Positions 36,444 to 49,954 of a stretch of 64,000 nucleotides of DNA are shown piece after piece. The notes below the pieces were generated by a model. The model made no database searches. It was not told where the DNA came from and saw only the letters and a program-made list of their open reading frames with translations. The position numbers were made by a program, and so were the translations under genes. The stretch is from Raillietiella orientalis (lineage: Eukaryota): positions 434,001-498,000 of the forward strand of contig JAYWIR010000047.1 in the NCBI GenBank assembly GCA_036172245.1, given 5' to 3'. Each line of letters starts with the position of its first letter. Within the stretch, counting starts at the first letter, position 1.

Positions 36444-37355
36444 CCCCAGAAGGGTAACGTGGCGTCACATACGACACACAGGAACCAAAATGTGCAGACT
36501 TTCTGCCATGGTCAGCGCTGAGAGCACGCCGTTCCAGCTACCTCTTGCCAAGCCTTCCGTGTGCCTGCAGTCTCAATGGCGTGCACACCGGCTGCTCTGG
36601 TTTCATTTCGTGTCCGATTGTGTGTACACGTACACGACACCACGTTTTACCTTCTACGTAAAAATTTGTACCCGTGGCCTCTCATACTGGAATTTTCACA
36701 CAGAATGAACGCGAAGGGTTGCTTGGGCGCTGTGAAATAGGAGAAAGGAATCGGGAAGAGTTTTCATCTGATGAAGACCAAGATTTGGATGACGCAAATT
36801 CGGAAGCAGGGAGCATACAGGACGACGAATTTTCAGCTGATGGAAGTGATGTGGATGGCCTTTGAGACTTCTTTGTGGAGTGTTAGACGGGGGAGGGATG
36901 AATTCGCATGTGGCGTTCATTGCCAACAACCTTGGAAATCCAAATTTAAAATTTAAAAATTTCCAGAAAAACATTCCTTCGAAATTCAGACACACACCAG
37001 CATGTAACACCTCATGTGGAACGCTGGCCACAATGCGAAAATTTGTCTCGCTCTTTGCGAAATTTGATTTTATGTGTACTGAATGAAGAAGATCCGAGGT
37101 TCCAAGATGTTCCACAAGCGCTGCGAAATGTACCCACGTTCCGCCAGCCGGAAAAGAAGGGAAAGGTGTAGCAAAAAAGGTCACATGCTCCCCCCAACAC
37201 CGGAGACCTTTATGTTGTGAGTGTGCCAGTAGCTTATAAAGTAATTTGTAAAGATAATTTGCAATTCATTAACCAAATAAAATGTTCGTGAAAAATCATC
37301 AAAGCTTCGTAATTTCAATTGGTGCCCTACATGACACCACGTAACCATTTGTGCA
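36444..37355 (+). mobile_element. Internally deleted piggyBac DNA transposon
   Basis: TTAA (36440-36443) followed by CCCCAGAAGGGTAACGTGGCGTCA, with a degenerate inverted copy TGACACCACGTAACCATTTGTG at about 37332-37353. Internal remnants: acidic N-terminus (SSDEDQDLDDANSE), transposase C-terminal LLCGVLDGGGMNSHVAF..N and a Cys-rich tail KRCEMYPR...RCSKK...QH...LCCEC*. I see no catalytic core. Confidence 0.75.
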
Positions 37356-38819
37356 CAAAATCGTCACGTTGCTCCCCTTCTATGGTCCATGCGGAAAATG
37401 GGAAGCGGTCTTTCGGTTTTTCTCGAGGAGCACTTCCTTTCTTTTCCTCTCTCGTGATCCCAGCTGGGGGGAGCACGGACACACAGATGCACGCGAGAGG
37501 AAAGTTTGTACGTTGGAGCCGAGGCACTTTGAACGAAGCAACACACATCTTCGTACAAACAAAATGCATTTCTGTACACATGAAATGTATAAAGTTGGGC
37601 ACGCTGGCGACCTGCATGGTTCGCCACCATCCCAGCTGGTATAGTGACTGGAGGTTGCTGCCGGTCCGATTTATGGACTGAGATTCTCAGAAGATCTTCT
37701 CCTTTCGAGTTTCCGGAAGAAGTTTCCAGCCCTTTCCCCAGCTTTTAAGGGGACGGGCTTCAGGAGGAGCACGCGTTCTGCACTGCAGCGAGCGCGCTTC
37801 GAAGGACTTTTCTTCGGGAGCGGATGCTCGCGGCTGCGTCCCAGACGGATCGACCGCAGCTGAACCTGGAGCGTCGCGGATCAACACGGGGGCCGCTTCG
37901 TTGAAACGGTCGCTTCCCCCCCCCCCCCCCCCCCCATCATCCCCCGCGCGCGCGCAAACGTGTCCTGGACTTTCCAGGCCGAACTTGTCGTCTCGGGGTC
38001 CAGATACTCAGCGGCCGGACATTCGAGTCGATCTGTCGTGTCGAGTCATGGAGGAGAGATCAGAAAACGGGGAAGGAAACGAAGATAAACAGCCTCCGGC
38101 ACGCCTCCTCACGAGCTCTCGGAAGTCTTCGTGCCTGCATCCAGACGAGCTTCCGGGAAGAAAAGGGAGCGGGAGATTGGGAACGCGTGCAGGAGACCCG
38201 GTTCCACGCCGAGAGGCACAGAGGCTTACGGAGTGCAGAATGGGGGAACCAAGCGACCGGCACGCGTTCCGCTCTCGAAATTCGAGTTCACGGCAGAAGA
38301 CGTTCAAGTTCATGGCTTGGCGCGCGACAGAAACTAGTCGTGACTCACGGCGCCCACGACCTATTCGGGAAATGGCACCGCGTCAACGACAAGGAAGGCA
38401 TCATCTTCCGTGTGGTGCAGTGTTGCCAAACTCTTCCCTGCGGAAGAAGACTCGGGGAACATGGGGGTGGAAGCGGACGAGAGGAAGCTTGGACTCTCCG
38501 CATCGTGGGAGTCCGTTTCGCTTCCGATTAGAAACAGCAGCAGCCTCATCTCCAATCGAGGTTAAAGCAAGGAAGCTTCCTTGACATCAGGTGTTTATGG
38601 GGATCGGGTCGAGGAGGATTGAAATTCCATGTCTTGAATTCGTTGACCTTTTTTTTTTTTAAAAAAAAAAGGCCAGTAGCGACTTCACAGGGAGATCGTT
38701 GCTATTGACCTAGGATGCTGGAAGTCCTTTCGGGTTATTCCGTTTCCACTGCTTTTCTTCCATCTTCTCCCTCTTTCTTTCTTTCTTTTTCGGTCTTTTT
38801 TCGGTTCTCAAGGAGGGCC

Positions 38820-39477
38820 GAAGAGCCGTTCGCCTCCTCATGGGAGGCTCGCGAAACTCTCTGGCACCGTCCGCACCACCCAAGGGTGCGCATCAACTCG
38901 TCAAGTTAAAGGAAATAGCCCCCGAGGGACCACCCTAGGAATCCGGGAAGGGCGGCGGAGGAAGAGGTTCTCTTTCTCTCTTGCGCTTGAGAGGGGAAAC
39001 TCCGAAGAACCCCGCCCTGGTTGTCTCCGAAGGAAACCGGAAAGGATCCATTCCCCGTTGCCTCCTCCTCCTCTGAAGAGAACCCTGAAGGGACGCTCCC
39101 CATTTTCTCTGAAGGGAGCATTGCGCTTCGTCGCACTCTGGAGAGGAGACCCCTTGAATGGGATATCAACCAGCTCCATGGTATGCGATAGAGGGTCCTC
39201 CTGAGAGGGGTGGAGGGACGCTCCATTTTCGCAGCCGGAGGAGAACCCCAGAAGCCTCCTTGACGTCTTGTAAGGACCACGGAAGGTCCACTTTTAATCC
39301 TGGCCAGTCAATGGAGCATCCTCCAGTGCCGCACTCGGAGCCAACCGAGGGGCCAACCAGCTCCACCTTGCTGGAAACCCACACGACTCGCCCCCCCATT
39401 TCTTTGTGCCGATGCTTCTCCCCGGGCGGGATTCGAACCCGGTGCCACGTTGGCAAAGGCTGCAGCCAACGCGGGCC
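38820..39477 (-). mobile_element. tRNA-derived SINE-like element, copy 3
   Basis: Minus-strand head GGCCCGCGTTGGCTGCAGCC...CGGGTTCGAATCCCG (B-box 39428-39439). The body (AAAGTGGACCTTCCG, CCTCTCCAGAG, GTCCCTTCAGGGTTCTCTTCAGAGGAG) matches copies 1 and 2. Confidence 0.7.
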
Positions 39478-39719
39478 GTGAGGCTGCGGCCAAGTTTTCT
39501 TTGATGACTGGCACAGAATCGATGATAAGAGCGCTTGGATCTCACTGAGTACTCAAGATGCAAGAGCAGAGTTTCCATCTTGAGTTTGATGGACCTCCTA
39601 TCACCGCGTGAAGACAATGGTGCTCCAGCATCTCGGCGTCCTAATTTCATCAAAAGTTTTTCCTTCTGGAATGTCAGTAAGTAAAACAAGAAGGAAGAGG
39701 AGGAGATAGAGGAAGAAAG

Positions 39720-41000
39720 CTAAAAGGGTCCTATCGGGTGATGATCTCTAAGGAGACAACCCTTGCGCATCAAACTGACGAAATTCACAAGAATCACAGA
39801 AAAATTGGCAGCAGCGAAAAGCCGAGCGGGCCGAACATTGAACCAGAGTCTCCTGGTGCTCCAGCGAGGCACACGAGGGTGACCTGTGGCTCCAGAGAAC
39901 TCCCTGTCCACGTCGGCTGTGGATGGGGCGGGGGTCTTCAGGGAAGCGCTTAGAACGGAGCCAGCACAAAGCAGCGCAGGTCGGTGCGGCACACAGGCGA
40001 CCGGAGTGGCGCGGTGGAATCTCGTCAGCTCCCGCCCACGCTGACTGCCCCCAGAGCTTTTGGAATCTTCTGTTTCCCCGTCGGAGATCGGAAGCGTGCG
40101 ACCCTCGGCTTTAGAAGGCGGTTTTTCGGAAGCTGCTCGGGCGCTGGAAGGAGAAGAGGCGGTTCTTCCGTGACCTGGATGAAACACGGAAGAACACCGG
40201 CGGAAAGGGAAGGAAGACCGTCCTGGTCCCCGAGAAAGCGTGTTTCCCGCCGAGGCGGGAGCTCTGGAAGTTGTTGGAGTTTCCGCCTCGACTGGCTGGA
40301 ACGGTGGGATCCACAGCGCCATGCAGTGCACAGCCGCCCAAGAGGAAATCCCGATCCCTCTCTCTTCCGAGGGCTTCGCGCGCACTCCATGCCTCCGCAT
40401 TCGTCATCCCTCTGCGTTTCTTCCACTTGCTTCCGCCGTTGCTGTCCTTCCGTCGTCACGCTTCCTCTGCGCGTCGTCTCAGTGTTCATTCCCTCGTGGA
40501 CCATCGCATCGTTCCTAAAGCGTACCTCGAGACGGCGCACAGATCCTGTGAGCTCTGCGAGCCGTCTCCGAGGTGGCGAAGGCATCGCGGTTCAGCACGG
40601 CCACGTCATCCCGCCCGCCCAATGGAAGCACGGAAGATGACCCACGAGGTATAGGGAATGGGAGCAAGCGCCCACAAGTTCTCAGAGGCGACTCGCAGTC
40701 TGCTATGCAACCAGGCCCAGCGCCGAGTGTCCGGACACGCCATTTCCCAGGTAGCGCATGAAGACGCGGGACTCCTCCTCTTTCTTCGCGTGCCTGTGCT
40801 GGAACGACGGGAGAGGAGCGACCTGCTTCCTGTCTGGATGATGGGCAAGCAAGCGGGCAGGAAAGCACTCCTGCATCGGATGCTGCACACGAAACAGACG
40901 GGGTCGTCATCAAACGCGCGGTTCATTGGCCCACGCACATTCCACCTCCGCAGCCTCACTCTTCGGAAAAGAGCTCTTCCGTTCCCCCATCTTCCCGGGA
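39720..41000 (-). mobile_element. Decayed L1/Tx1 ORF2 endonuclease region
   Basis: VRLRRWNVRG at about 40930-40965 (-) matches the N-terminal WNVRG motif of APE-like LINE endonucleases; downstream frames are broken. Confidence 0.55.
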
Positions 41001-41984
41001 AGGCGGAGGAGAGGCAATCGGGAAATCCGAGTTCAGATAAGTAACGACCAAACCTGCACGGTGCTTTCGTCTGCTGGCTCTCCAGATCTCCGGGATGCCT
41101 GCTCGACATTTAACCGGCAGAGAATTTTGGAGAGGGGGAGGGGAGGGGGGGTTCAACAAAAAGAACAAATAGCTCATTGGCTGGTGCTCGAGGAACCAAA
41201 GGAGGTTCTCTGCCACAGTGGCTCCTGCTCGTGTGGCAACCACGGCTTTCCCGCATCCTCTCTGAGATGAACGTGAGATCTTACTTGGGTCCACGAAGGA
41301 TTTCGAAGCTGTTAAACACGAAAAAGCAGATCCTTCGATGTGATCGGAAGAAAAAATGGAACAGAGTGGAGTACGTGAGCGTTGTCCGTCTCTGCGAGCT
41401 CAGAGAGTGCTACTCCACGAGACATCGCGACGCCAATACCCAAGAATTTCCAAAGTGATAAGAAGAAGAAGAAATTCTCGTCGGAGCTCCATTTCATGAG
41501 ATGCTGGTGATTCAGTTTCCACGGTTGCAGCAGACACAGAAAGAAGAGAGTAAGAATTGCGATCCAGCAGCCTTTATAAACATTGGCTGCAGGAAGTGCA
41601 AGCAAATGAAGAAGGAGAAAAGGAAAAGGCCAACAGCAGCAAAAAGCCACCAACGAGGCGCGCCTCTCAACAGCGCTTTCCTTTCGAGTGGAACCACGAG
41701 ATCCGCCTCCCGGAGGGAGGCAGGCAGCCCTGCAGCCGTCACGACGAAAGGTCTCCCTCCACAGGAATCGAGGGCCTCCATCCGTCCCCCACGGGGACGG
41801 ATGGAGGCGTTTCGGCGCAGAAGAGGCCGACGGGGGAGAGTGGCAAGAAATAGGAATCAAGGGACGGACTCGGAAGAGATGGTCACCCTCTCGCAGCGCC
41901 GATTCCACAACTCCAAACCTCGTCCACTCCGAGCCGCCTCACGGAATTCTCAGCAGAGTGCACGTCCCCACACCCCCACCCACA

Positions 41985-42228
41985 CATATATATATATATT
42001 GCTATTTATTAACATACACATTATTAACAGTAATATTATCGGAACACATACGTTGATTAACACATACGTTGGCATCCATTTTATTGATAAATTTAATAAG
42101 TTGTTGATTATACTGTTGGTATTTATATTTAAAACTCATAAAAAAAATAAATATACGTGATTATTGTATACATCAATATTTATAGATTATATATATATAT
42201 ATATATGTGAGTGGACACACACATGTGC

Positions 42229-42259
<31 letters not shown>

Positions 42260-42262
42260 ATA
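41985..42262. repeat. (TA)n microsatellites in an AT-rich island
   Basis: Visible TA runs at about 41985-42000, 42188-42206 and 42232-42257. Confidence 0.8.
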
Positions 42263-45200
42263 TCAATACACATAATAAGGAAACATATTTATTTTTTTAT
42301 GTGTATGTTGATGAATACGAATAACCGTGTACACTAAAGTCAATTTATATATTGATCTATGTAAAGTAAGCATGTACATTTATTTTTCATGATCTTTCGG
42401 GATTTTGATGGGCACCGCGCTACAGGAGCGTCCTCGGAAGGTTGCACCATGAGAACGAAAAAAGTAAAATGCTAATTGAAAAATGGTGCATGAATTTAAA
42501 CGCGTATACATACGCATTCCTGTACAAGCAAGTATGTAGAAGCAAATACAATGCAAATGACTAAATTTGTGTTTGTGACGGTCATCCGTTCGGTTTGTTC
42601 CAATTTCCGCGGACGGGAATTTGTCCAGACCATCATGATAACACGATGATACAAGTGTGGCCTGGCAACGAGCAAACAGTCGTCAGTGCATCGGCCACAG
42701 AACGTTCTGTCAGCGAGCTGTGGACCCGAACTCTCGCCGGGTTGAACTTCTAGAAGTCCTTGGAGCGTTTGCGACCACCTTGGAGAATCCACTCGGGAAG
42801 GTCCAGAAACGCTTGTGATGACGCAAACCCGCCGGCTCGCATTATTATTGGTCAAACGGGTGTGACGTAAGGGGTCGGCAAGCGGACGCGCGCTTCGAAA
42901 AGATCCGCATTGCTGGCACTCGGGAAGTGTGCCATCCAGCGGCGGGTCACCACGAGGAGGCTCCCCCGCAAAAATCGCGGCCGGGTCAACCTCCCGAATT
43001 CCTGAGGGATTTTTTTCGTCCAGCGGTCGCGGGCGAATCCGACAGGACCAGCAGGAGCGAAAGAATCCCTCCGAGCGGCGCGCTCCACGGGTCTCCGCCG
43101 GGCGACCCCGAGACCCCGCGTCAAGGAACGCTTGTTCGTCCCGGGCAACCCCGGAACGAATTCCCGGCCACGTCACCACTTTTTTCCTTCGGGACTCACC
43201 TATGCAAGGGCGAAACGATGGCAAGACTCGGACATCCCGTGGGCTGGCGTGTTCACACACATTCCACTTGCGTGGCGGGCGAGAGCGCTCCCGGGTCGAC
43301 TCCGCACGCCCCTCTTCTGCAAACGGAAGCGCCGGGCAGCATAAAAAACTCCGGATCGAAGAAAACGAAGCGACTCATCTGTGCTGACCGTAAAGTTCAG
43401 GAGTTCAGACATGGCTTAAGGGCATCGGAAACCGATCGCTTCAGGAATCGATACCCAGGCGGCAGTCGTCCTTTGCCGAGCCGCGGACCCACAAGCAGGA
43501 TTTCCGAGGGTGGGGTGGTGGGGTGTCCGGACCCGGAAGATCCGGGTGCAATTCCGGCATAGCCGCGGAATTGACACGGTGGCACTTTGACTCCCCACGC
43601 GGACGTCGCCACTGAAGCCGCTCGGCGGTTTCACCCACGTCGTCGTCCGCCTCCACAAAAAAAAAAGCGCTTGCGTCCGGGACTCATCAGGGATCGCCCC
43701 GTGCCGACGCGCGAGGCCGGGAATGGGCGAACCACGGAGTCAGCAACCCTCCTCGCCCCTGAGGGCGCGCGCGCACACAACGCAGCCGCCTCCGAGGGCA
43801 AACGGAACGCCGGGCACTCGCATGAGAACGCCTCGGGCCAGCGAGACACGTGTCGGTGCGTCTCCGCACGCATCCGGTTGCCCACGCGCGTTTGAGGTTG
43901 TCGGAGGAGGGTCATCACCATCGCTCCCGGCTGCCCTGCTGGCGACCCTCGCGCGCGCGGTCTTCGAGCCCATTCCGTTCGCCTCCCGGCTGGAAGATCG
44001 CACTTTGCGCTTCCACTCGGAAATCTGCGGGGAAGAAGGGAGCAAGAAGAGAAGAGAAAGGGAGGGAGGAACAAGGGTGGAGGATTAGGAATCTTGTGGG
44101 TTGGTCCTGCGTTCCACTTGATTGGGCGAGGAGCACTTTCGAGTTCCGGGCCGACTCCTCGCCTCCGGCAGAGGACCCGGGAGGATCCACTTGGCAAAGT
44201 CCGCGCGAAGGACTGGCAAGAGGACCCGGGATACCTCTGTTCCCTCTTTGGTTCCCGTGAGTTCCCGCGCTCGAGGTACCCGCCCGTTGAGGATTCTCTC
44301 CAGTGGATCTTCCCGAGCTCAGGGCACGTGCGGGAAGATGGGAGGGGGGAGGACAAAATGGCGGTAGTGGTGGCCGCCGACGTTGCACCGCAGGCTCACG
44401 GGCGGATCTCTCCGCTCACCGCTCCGCGACGGATCTGCTTCTCCCATGAGAACCGCGCCTGCGCCGCCACAACTCCACGGCCGCGGCCGGAAGAATCGAC
44501 CGAGCTAGGAGTCGCCGGCGGGCCCTTTCGGGTGAGCGTGCGCAGAAGATCCTTGCGGCAGTCGACCAAGGAAAGCTTCGGGTGGTTGTTCCTCCAGCTA
44601 CCTCGCCAGGGTCCTCCCAAGGAGGAGGAGACTCGCGGAGCCGCCTGAAGGGACTGCGATCCCGCAGGAAGAAGCGCGTCGCTCTCCGCCCTCCTGAGCG
44701 CAGCGCGACTGCCGTCCGCTGCAGCCGCAGCCTGTTCGGAGCGCTCTGAACAGATTTGGGAGAGCAGCGGCGGGAGAAAGCAAGGGACGGTCTCCCAGGT
44801 GATCCTCTAGTTGTTGACTCCAAGCACATCAGCTCCTCTTGCTGCCATTGGCTTGGGATGCGGATTTGCAGATGACCTCCCAGAGCCGAACCTGGAGCTG
44901 CTGGGAAAATCCCGCTGTTCCCAGAGTCCGTCAGCAAGGCTAGGGTTTCCTTCCCCCAGACCCTGAGCCTGGGAGGACCCGAGGTCGAAAGGCATTCGCC
45001 GAGGCCGCGCTCGTTCCGCCAGGGCTCATCTCGGCGTTCCCCAGTTCCTGTGTGTAGTGGCTTAGCAGAGGGAAAAACAAGAACAGAAGGGAGGAGCGAT
45101 CGCCATTTAACATCCCTCCACTCTGCCGCGTTCCTTGCACTTGGGGATCGTCGCCCGCGAGCAGCTGCAGGTTCGGGAGGGAGGAGGGATGTGCCCCTCG

Positions 45201-46739
45201 ACCCCGTATGCCAGCTTCCCTCTTCGGCAGCAGGTGCTCTCAGCAGCCTCCCGAGAGGAGTCTCACCCTCTCCGTGGTGACGGGGGACACGGACCGGGGT
45301 TAACCCTGGTCCGTACCCCGGAACGGTCAGATCTATTCCTGGACTCGCAGGCTAGACTGGCCCTCCCCGCGTCCGGGTCACCTGAGCAGAGGACGGGCTC
45401 GCCTCTGCGGTCCTTCGGGGGGTAAGGTCGGGTCTTCTTCGGACCCACTCCTCCTCTGCCCCGGGATTAGGTCGGTCCTTTCTTCCGGCCCTCAGGCTGT
45501 TCTTTGTCGAGAACAACATCAGACGAGCAGGCGGGAGAGCGGGACGACCCGTGCCAGAGACCCGCTGGCGTCCGCACGCCGCACCCTTCCGCTTCCTTCT
45601 CCCTCGCTGCTTGGGATGTCCCCATTCGTAGCGCCATTGTTGGGCTCATATTCTCCCTCGGAAAGGGAGGGACCTGCGCTTCCTCCGCATGCGCTTTCCA
45701 TGCCTCCCTCGGCCAACCCTCCCGCCCTCCGGGCTCCAGCGCTCGACGGTTCAGTCCTTCAGCGTTCGGTTGCTTGCTTGTTCACCTGCGCCTTCACTGC
45801 AGGTGCTGCTCTGCGCAGTAACGGATCTTAAGGGTTGGTCGGGAGACTTCCGATGGTGGTTCAGGGGATGTCCTGCTTAGCCCTAGGGGTTCATCCCTCC
45901 GACGAGAACTCATAGCGGACCTGGACGCGGGAGGGCACTATGCAGCGGAAGAGCTCTCCGACAACCAGAACGCCTGGAGCCCCGGCGAAGAGAGAAGAGG
46001 TGGGAAAAGCTGGATCCGAGGTCCCCCGCTGGAGGAATGAACCCGCTTTCGGGTTCGGCCGATTTGACGCGCCAGAAATCGGGCAACACCCCGCAGCTCC
46101 CCAAGAAAAGCGGCGGCGACTGTAAAAAAAAAAAAGTCCGGGACTCCCGCGGAAGTTTCGCTGCCGGCACCTTGCCATGTAGCGACCCGACTGCTGCGTG
46201 TTTCGTCAAGTGGCAGTCATGGTGAGGTCAAGTTCACCTTCCCATTTTAGAAGGGCGCCTGACTTTTCTGTCCCTCATGCCATATGAACTGCGATCACCC
46301 CTTTAGATCCCTGCAGACGGGGGACGTCTAAATGAGTCCTTGGACGAATTTCGACCGGCTTCCCGGAGGAAACCATTGGCAAAGCAAAGATGACAAAAGC
46401 AGATCCCATCTCGGTGGAGTGTGGAGAGGATCGCGCCTACTCGTGCGCCTTCTTCGAGTCCATTCTGTTCGCCGCCCGGCTGGAAGGCCGCGCTTCGGAA
46501 AATCGAGGGGAAGAAGAGAGGAGGAGGAGGAGGTTGAGCAGGATGAAGGCAGGAGGAGGGAGAGAGGAGGGGTTGGAAAGGAAGAATAGGAAGAGCAGTC
46601 GCATTTCGCCGTAGATTTGTCGCGCCTGCTGCCCCAGCGAGCGGAATGACCATTGAGGAGCCAACGAAACACGGCGGAGGACGAGCGGTCGACACAGAAG
46701 CAGCAACGACGAAAGCTGCAAAAGCAGGGTCGCGACGGA

Positions 46740-47550
46740 CCGTTCATCATAAAAATAATAAAAGTACGAGCATTGTGAAAATAATAGAAGTACTAGTTGC
46801 AGGACTCTCTGGCTTGTTGCCTCCAGACAAGTACGGAACCTTCCTTTCAAAACCGGCGCTGGATGTCGGCGATCAACTTCTTCATTTTCTCTTCCAAGTG
46901 AGGTCACCTGGCAGCCGTCCTCATGTAGGCGACTGCCATTCCCAGTGATCTCCCTTAGCTGCGCCGTTGCCTCCGGCACATGGCGGGCGTTGATGATGGC
47001 ACTGCGATGGTTGTGATTACCGCGCCCGTCGAGGGTCTTCTCGAAGCGAAGCACCGTCACAACACGTCGCGGGCGGATCTCTCCTGGTGCAGGAGCGCTG
47101 CTGCCAGCCCCCGCCACGGTCCCTGTAGGACGCCGCAGTCCAAGGGCAGTTGCGGCGGGATCGACTCCACCGACCCCACACCTGGCACTGTTCGGGGATG
47201 CAACCCCCGCGGAAACGCTCGTTGCACTGGAATTACCAGTGGAGGAAGAGCATCACGTCCTGTTCCCAAGGGAAGGGAAACAACGAACCGCCCACACATT
47301 GGGCAGGAACCACAACTTCCTCGGGGGCAACACTCAAAAGTTCGCTCCACCGAAGGAGTCCCGTCGCCATAGCACGCGGAGTAGCAGCGGCCCCCAACTC
47401 GCGCGTCTTCCAGCCGCGAAACGCTGAGAGGTACCAGCATCCAATCTTCTCACTTGGCGTCAAGTACTTCAGGTCTCCTTTTTCCGGAGTAGGAGTCCCA
47501 AGTCGGCGGAAACCCGAAGAAGGGGCTTCCCTGAATGTCACTGCGATCTT
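46740..47550 (-). mobile_element. Decayed L1/Tx1 3' fragment
   Basis: IPVQRAFPRGL...GSVESIPPQLPLDCGVLQGPW and AIINARH resemble the zf-RVT/C-terminal region of L1-clade ORF2. Confidence 0.5.
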
Positions 47551-49149
47551 CTTCCTCCCATTTGATTAGTGTTTGCGCCTGAAATCGTGACCCGGTTCGC
47601 CACCTTGCATTCCGTCACGTGCGAGCTCACCCAGGTGTTTGTGCTGCAACAGTCACGACACGTGTTTGTTAGATCAAACACCTTTCGTGGGCACGCCTGA
47701 ACTCTGAATTCGCATCACAAACACCGCCTACCGGAGGGGCACCTTCTGGAATGTCTTCAACCTTTGCCTCTTTCGCCGCTGGAATGTCGAAGGAATCCGT
47801 CATAAGGGATACGAAGTTACGGCAGGGTGCCACCCCTGACCCTAAGCGACACCCTGCGGGAACCCAGGAAGCAGAAAGCTCGGAGACAAAGCGATACACG
47901 GTGGGCACCCCTCCCCTACCTCCCACCGCCCCCACCTTCCACCTTCGCCTCTTTCTTCCGGCTTTGTCTTTCCACGTACATGTCTAATGCATAAGTGCAT
48001 CCAAAGGTTTCATTTTTTTAATATTCCGCGATCCAAAATATTCTGCAAATCTAATCGTTGAATCTAATCTAATCTCTCATTCTTGAAGTTCCATACGTGT
48101 GTTATAATGACACATCAATAAAAATACAACTCGGAGATAAAGGAAAAAAAAAAAAAGAATCAAATGGACAAGCACAATCTTTACTTTTATCCCATCTCGT
48201 CTTCCTGCTTAGTGACGGCGAAGTGACGATGCTGAGACGCAATGAGCATGCGCGTTGCACTGTCGGATACGTCTCAAATGATTCCGTGCTCATGCAGTGC
48301 CATCGCCATACACGGAACTTCGAAGGGGACTCTGAGAGGCAGAATTGCAACACGATGGAACGATCTCTTCGGAGATCAGCTGGACGTTCCCAATGGTGTT
48401 TTCACTTTCGATGCCGGATGCAGGGTGGAAACCAGGTGTTTGTTCATGTCGAACCACTCTTGCGACTTGAATCCCCATGTGCCGTGTGCTCACAAATAGG
48501 ATCTTCCCAGTTCAGTTTTAGTGTTTAGTCCTTGCAGACTCACCTTTTCCGGATGGATTAAATGTTTTCAGTGAACAGATAGCGAAATAGGGACCGAAAA
48601 AGTCTCTGCAGAGTGATGGAGGCGCTTTTACCCTGTCACGAGTCAACACCCATACCTTTATTAGCCCACGTTCAGGACAGAGGCAAAGCGAATTGCTTAG
48701 AGATCAATGTTTGTCCAGATGCCCAGCTTCTTGCTTTTCCTCAATTTCTTTGTTCTTTCACTTTCTTCGGGCCGCTCTCTTCCTAGTTTACGTGGATCTT
48801 CCTCTACGGAGTTCTCAAAGGCGCCGCTGCAGTGTGTTTGCATCTCCCATGTTCGCATTCAGTTCTGGGATTCCGGATTCCAGAGTGACCGGCACGTGTT
48901 TTCGTATGCCAGCACGATCCTGTTTACGATGGCGGGACGCATCGTGCGTTTTGTTACAAAACAACACGAACAAACAAGCACCGATTATGGAAGCACAGAG
49001 GATGGGTGATGCAAGAGGAAATAACAAAGCAATCGGAATGGAAAAGTCGGATCGCATCCTCCATCGTGACTTCTGGTTCGGAATGTTTCCCGCCCGATTT
49101 CGTTCTCGTTCGACTCGAGTGAAGAAGGTGCCTTTCTCCTGCATAGATT

Positions 49150-49700
49150 GAAACTGCGCAAGAGTACCCACCGGAGGAGGGTAGGAATGGATCATAAGCG
49201 AATGCGTTTTGCAGGTCAGCGGTCATTCTGCTATTTGAGCCTCGCCATGAATTATCGGAATCCCCCTCTCGGAAAGTTGAGAGCTCCGCCGGACTTGCGC
49301 TGACCGTGGACCATCTGAAGAACCAAGCTCTTGCGAGCTCAGCACTGGTGACTGGGGGTTTTGCATGTATCGGAAGAACACACACAGCCGCCTCTGCAGC
49401 AATGGTCTTCTCCAAGAAGGCCATAGAGAAGCATCCGGAAAAAAAGCAGGATATGTACGGAGCCCAGTACGAAGCTCCGTTTTGAAGCGACTTGTTATGG
49501 TACGGAAGAAGATTTTGATCGACGCAGTCGAACGTCCTCTTCCAATCCACTGCGACTCAGGGGCTCTCGGTTCGTTCTCTCCCTGCCTGTCTTTCCATCC
49601 TTCGCCTTCGAAGAGTGCTGGATTCTCCTGTCCGCTAAATGCAACGCTCTTTTGCATCTCCAGTCACATTCTGGAGAGGAACAGCTTGGCCTCCTTGCCT
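49150..49700 (-). mobile_element. Reverse-transcriptase fragment (non-LTR)
   Basis: DWKRTFDCVDQNLL at about 49510-49550 (-) resembles the D..KAFD.V.H..L RT motif; the rest is degenerate. Confidence 0.45.
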
Positions 49701-49954
49701 CGTCCGGGAAGATCATAAGACCGTTTTGGGCTGACCACGATTTTGGCCACCCGTCACAGGCGCTCAGCTCACAGCTTGGCTAGCAAATTGGCGTCCGCGT
49801 TTACCACGGCAGCCGGACATCGGTTGCCAACGTTCCGTTTCGTTTCTGTGACCGAAACGAGACGGACACCTCGCCCGTTTCTCGAATCCGCGTTGCCAGC
49901 CAAGTGCAGGCGGGAAGTCAGCTCTTTCGCGAATCGCTGGCAAAACTCCACTGG

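Noticed and set aside
48380..48499. FTFDA...NHSCDLN resembling a SET-domain NHSC motif
   Set aside because: Spacing is off, a stop follows within a few codons and no other SET motifs or convincing exon boundaries are present; probably chance.
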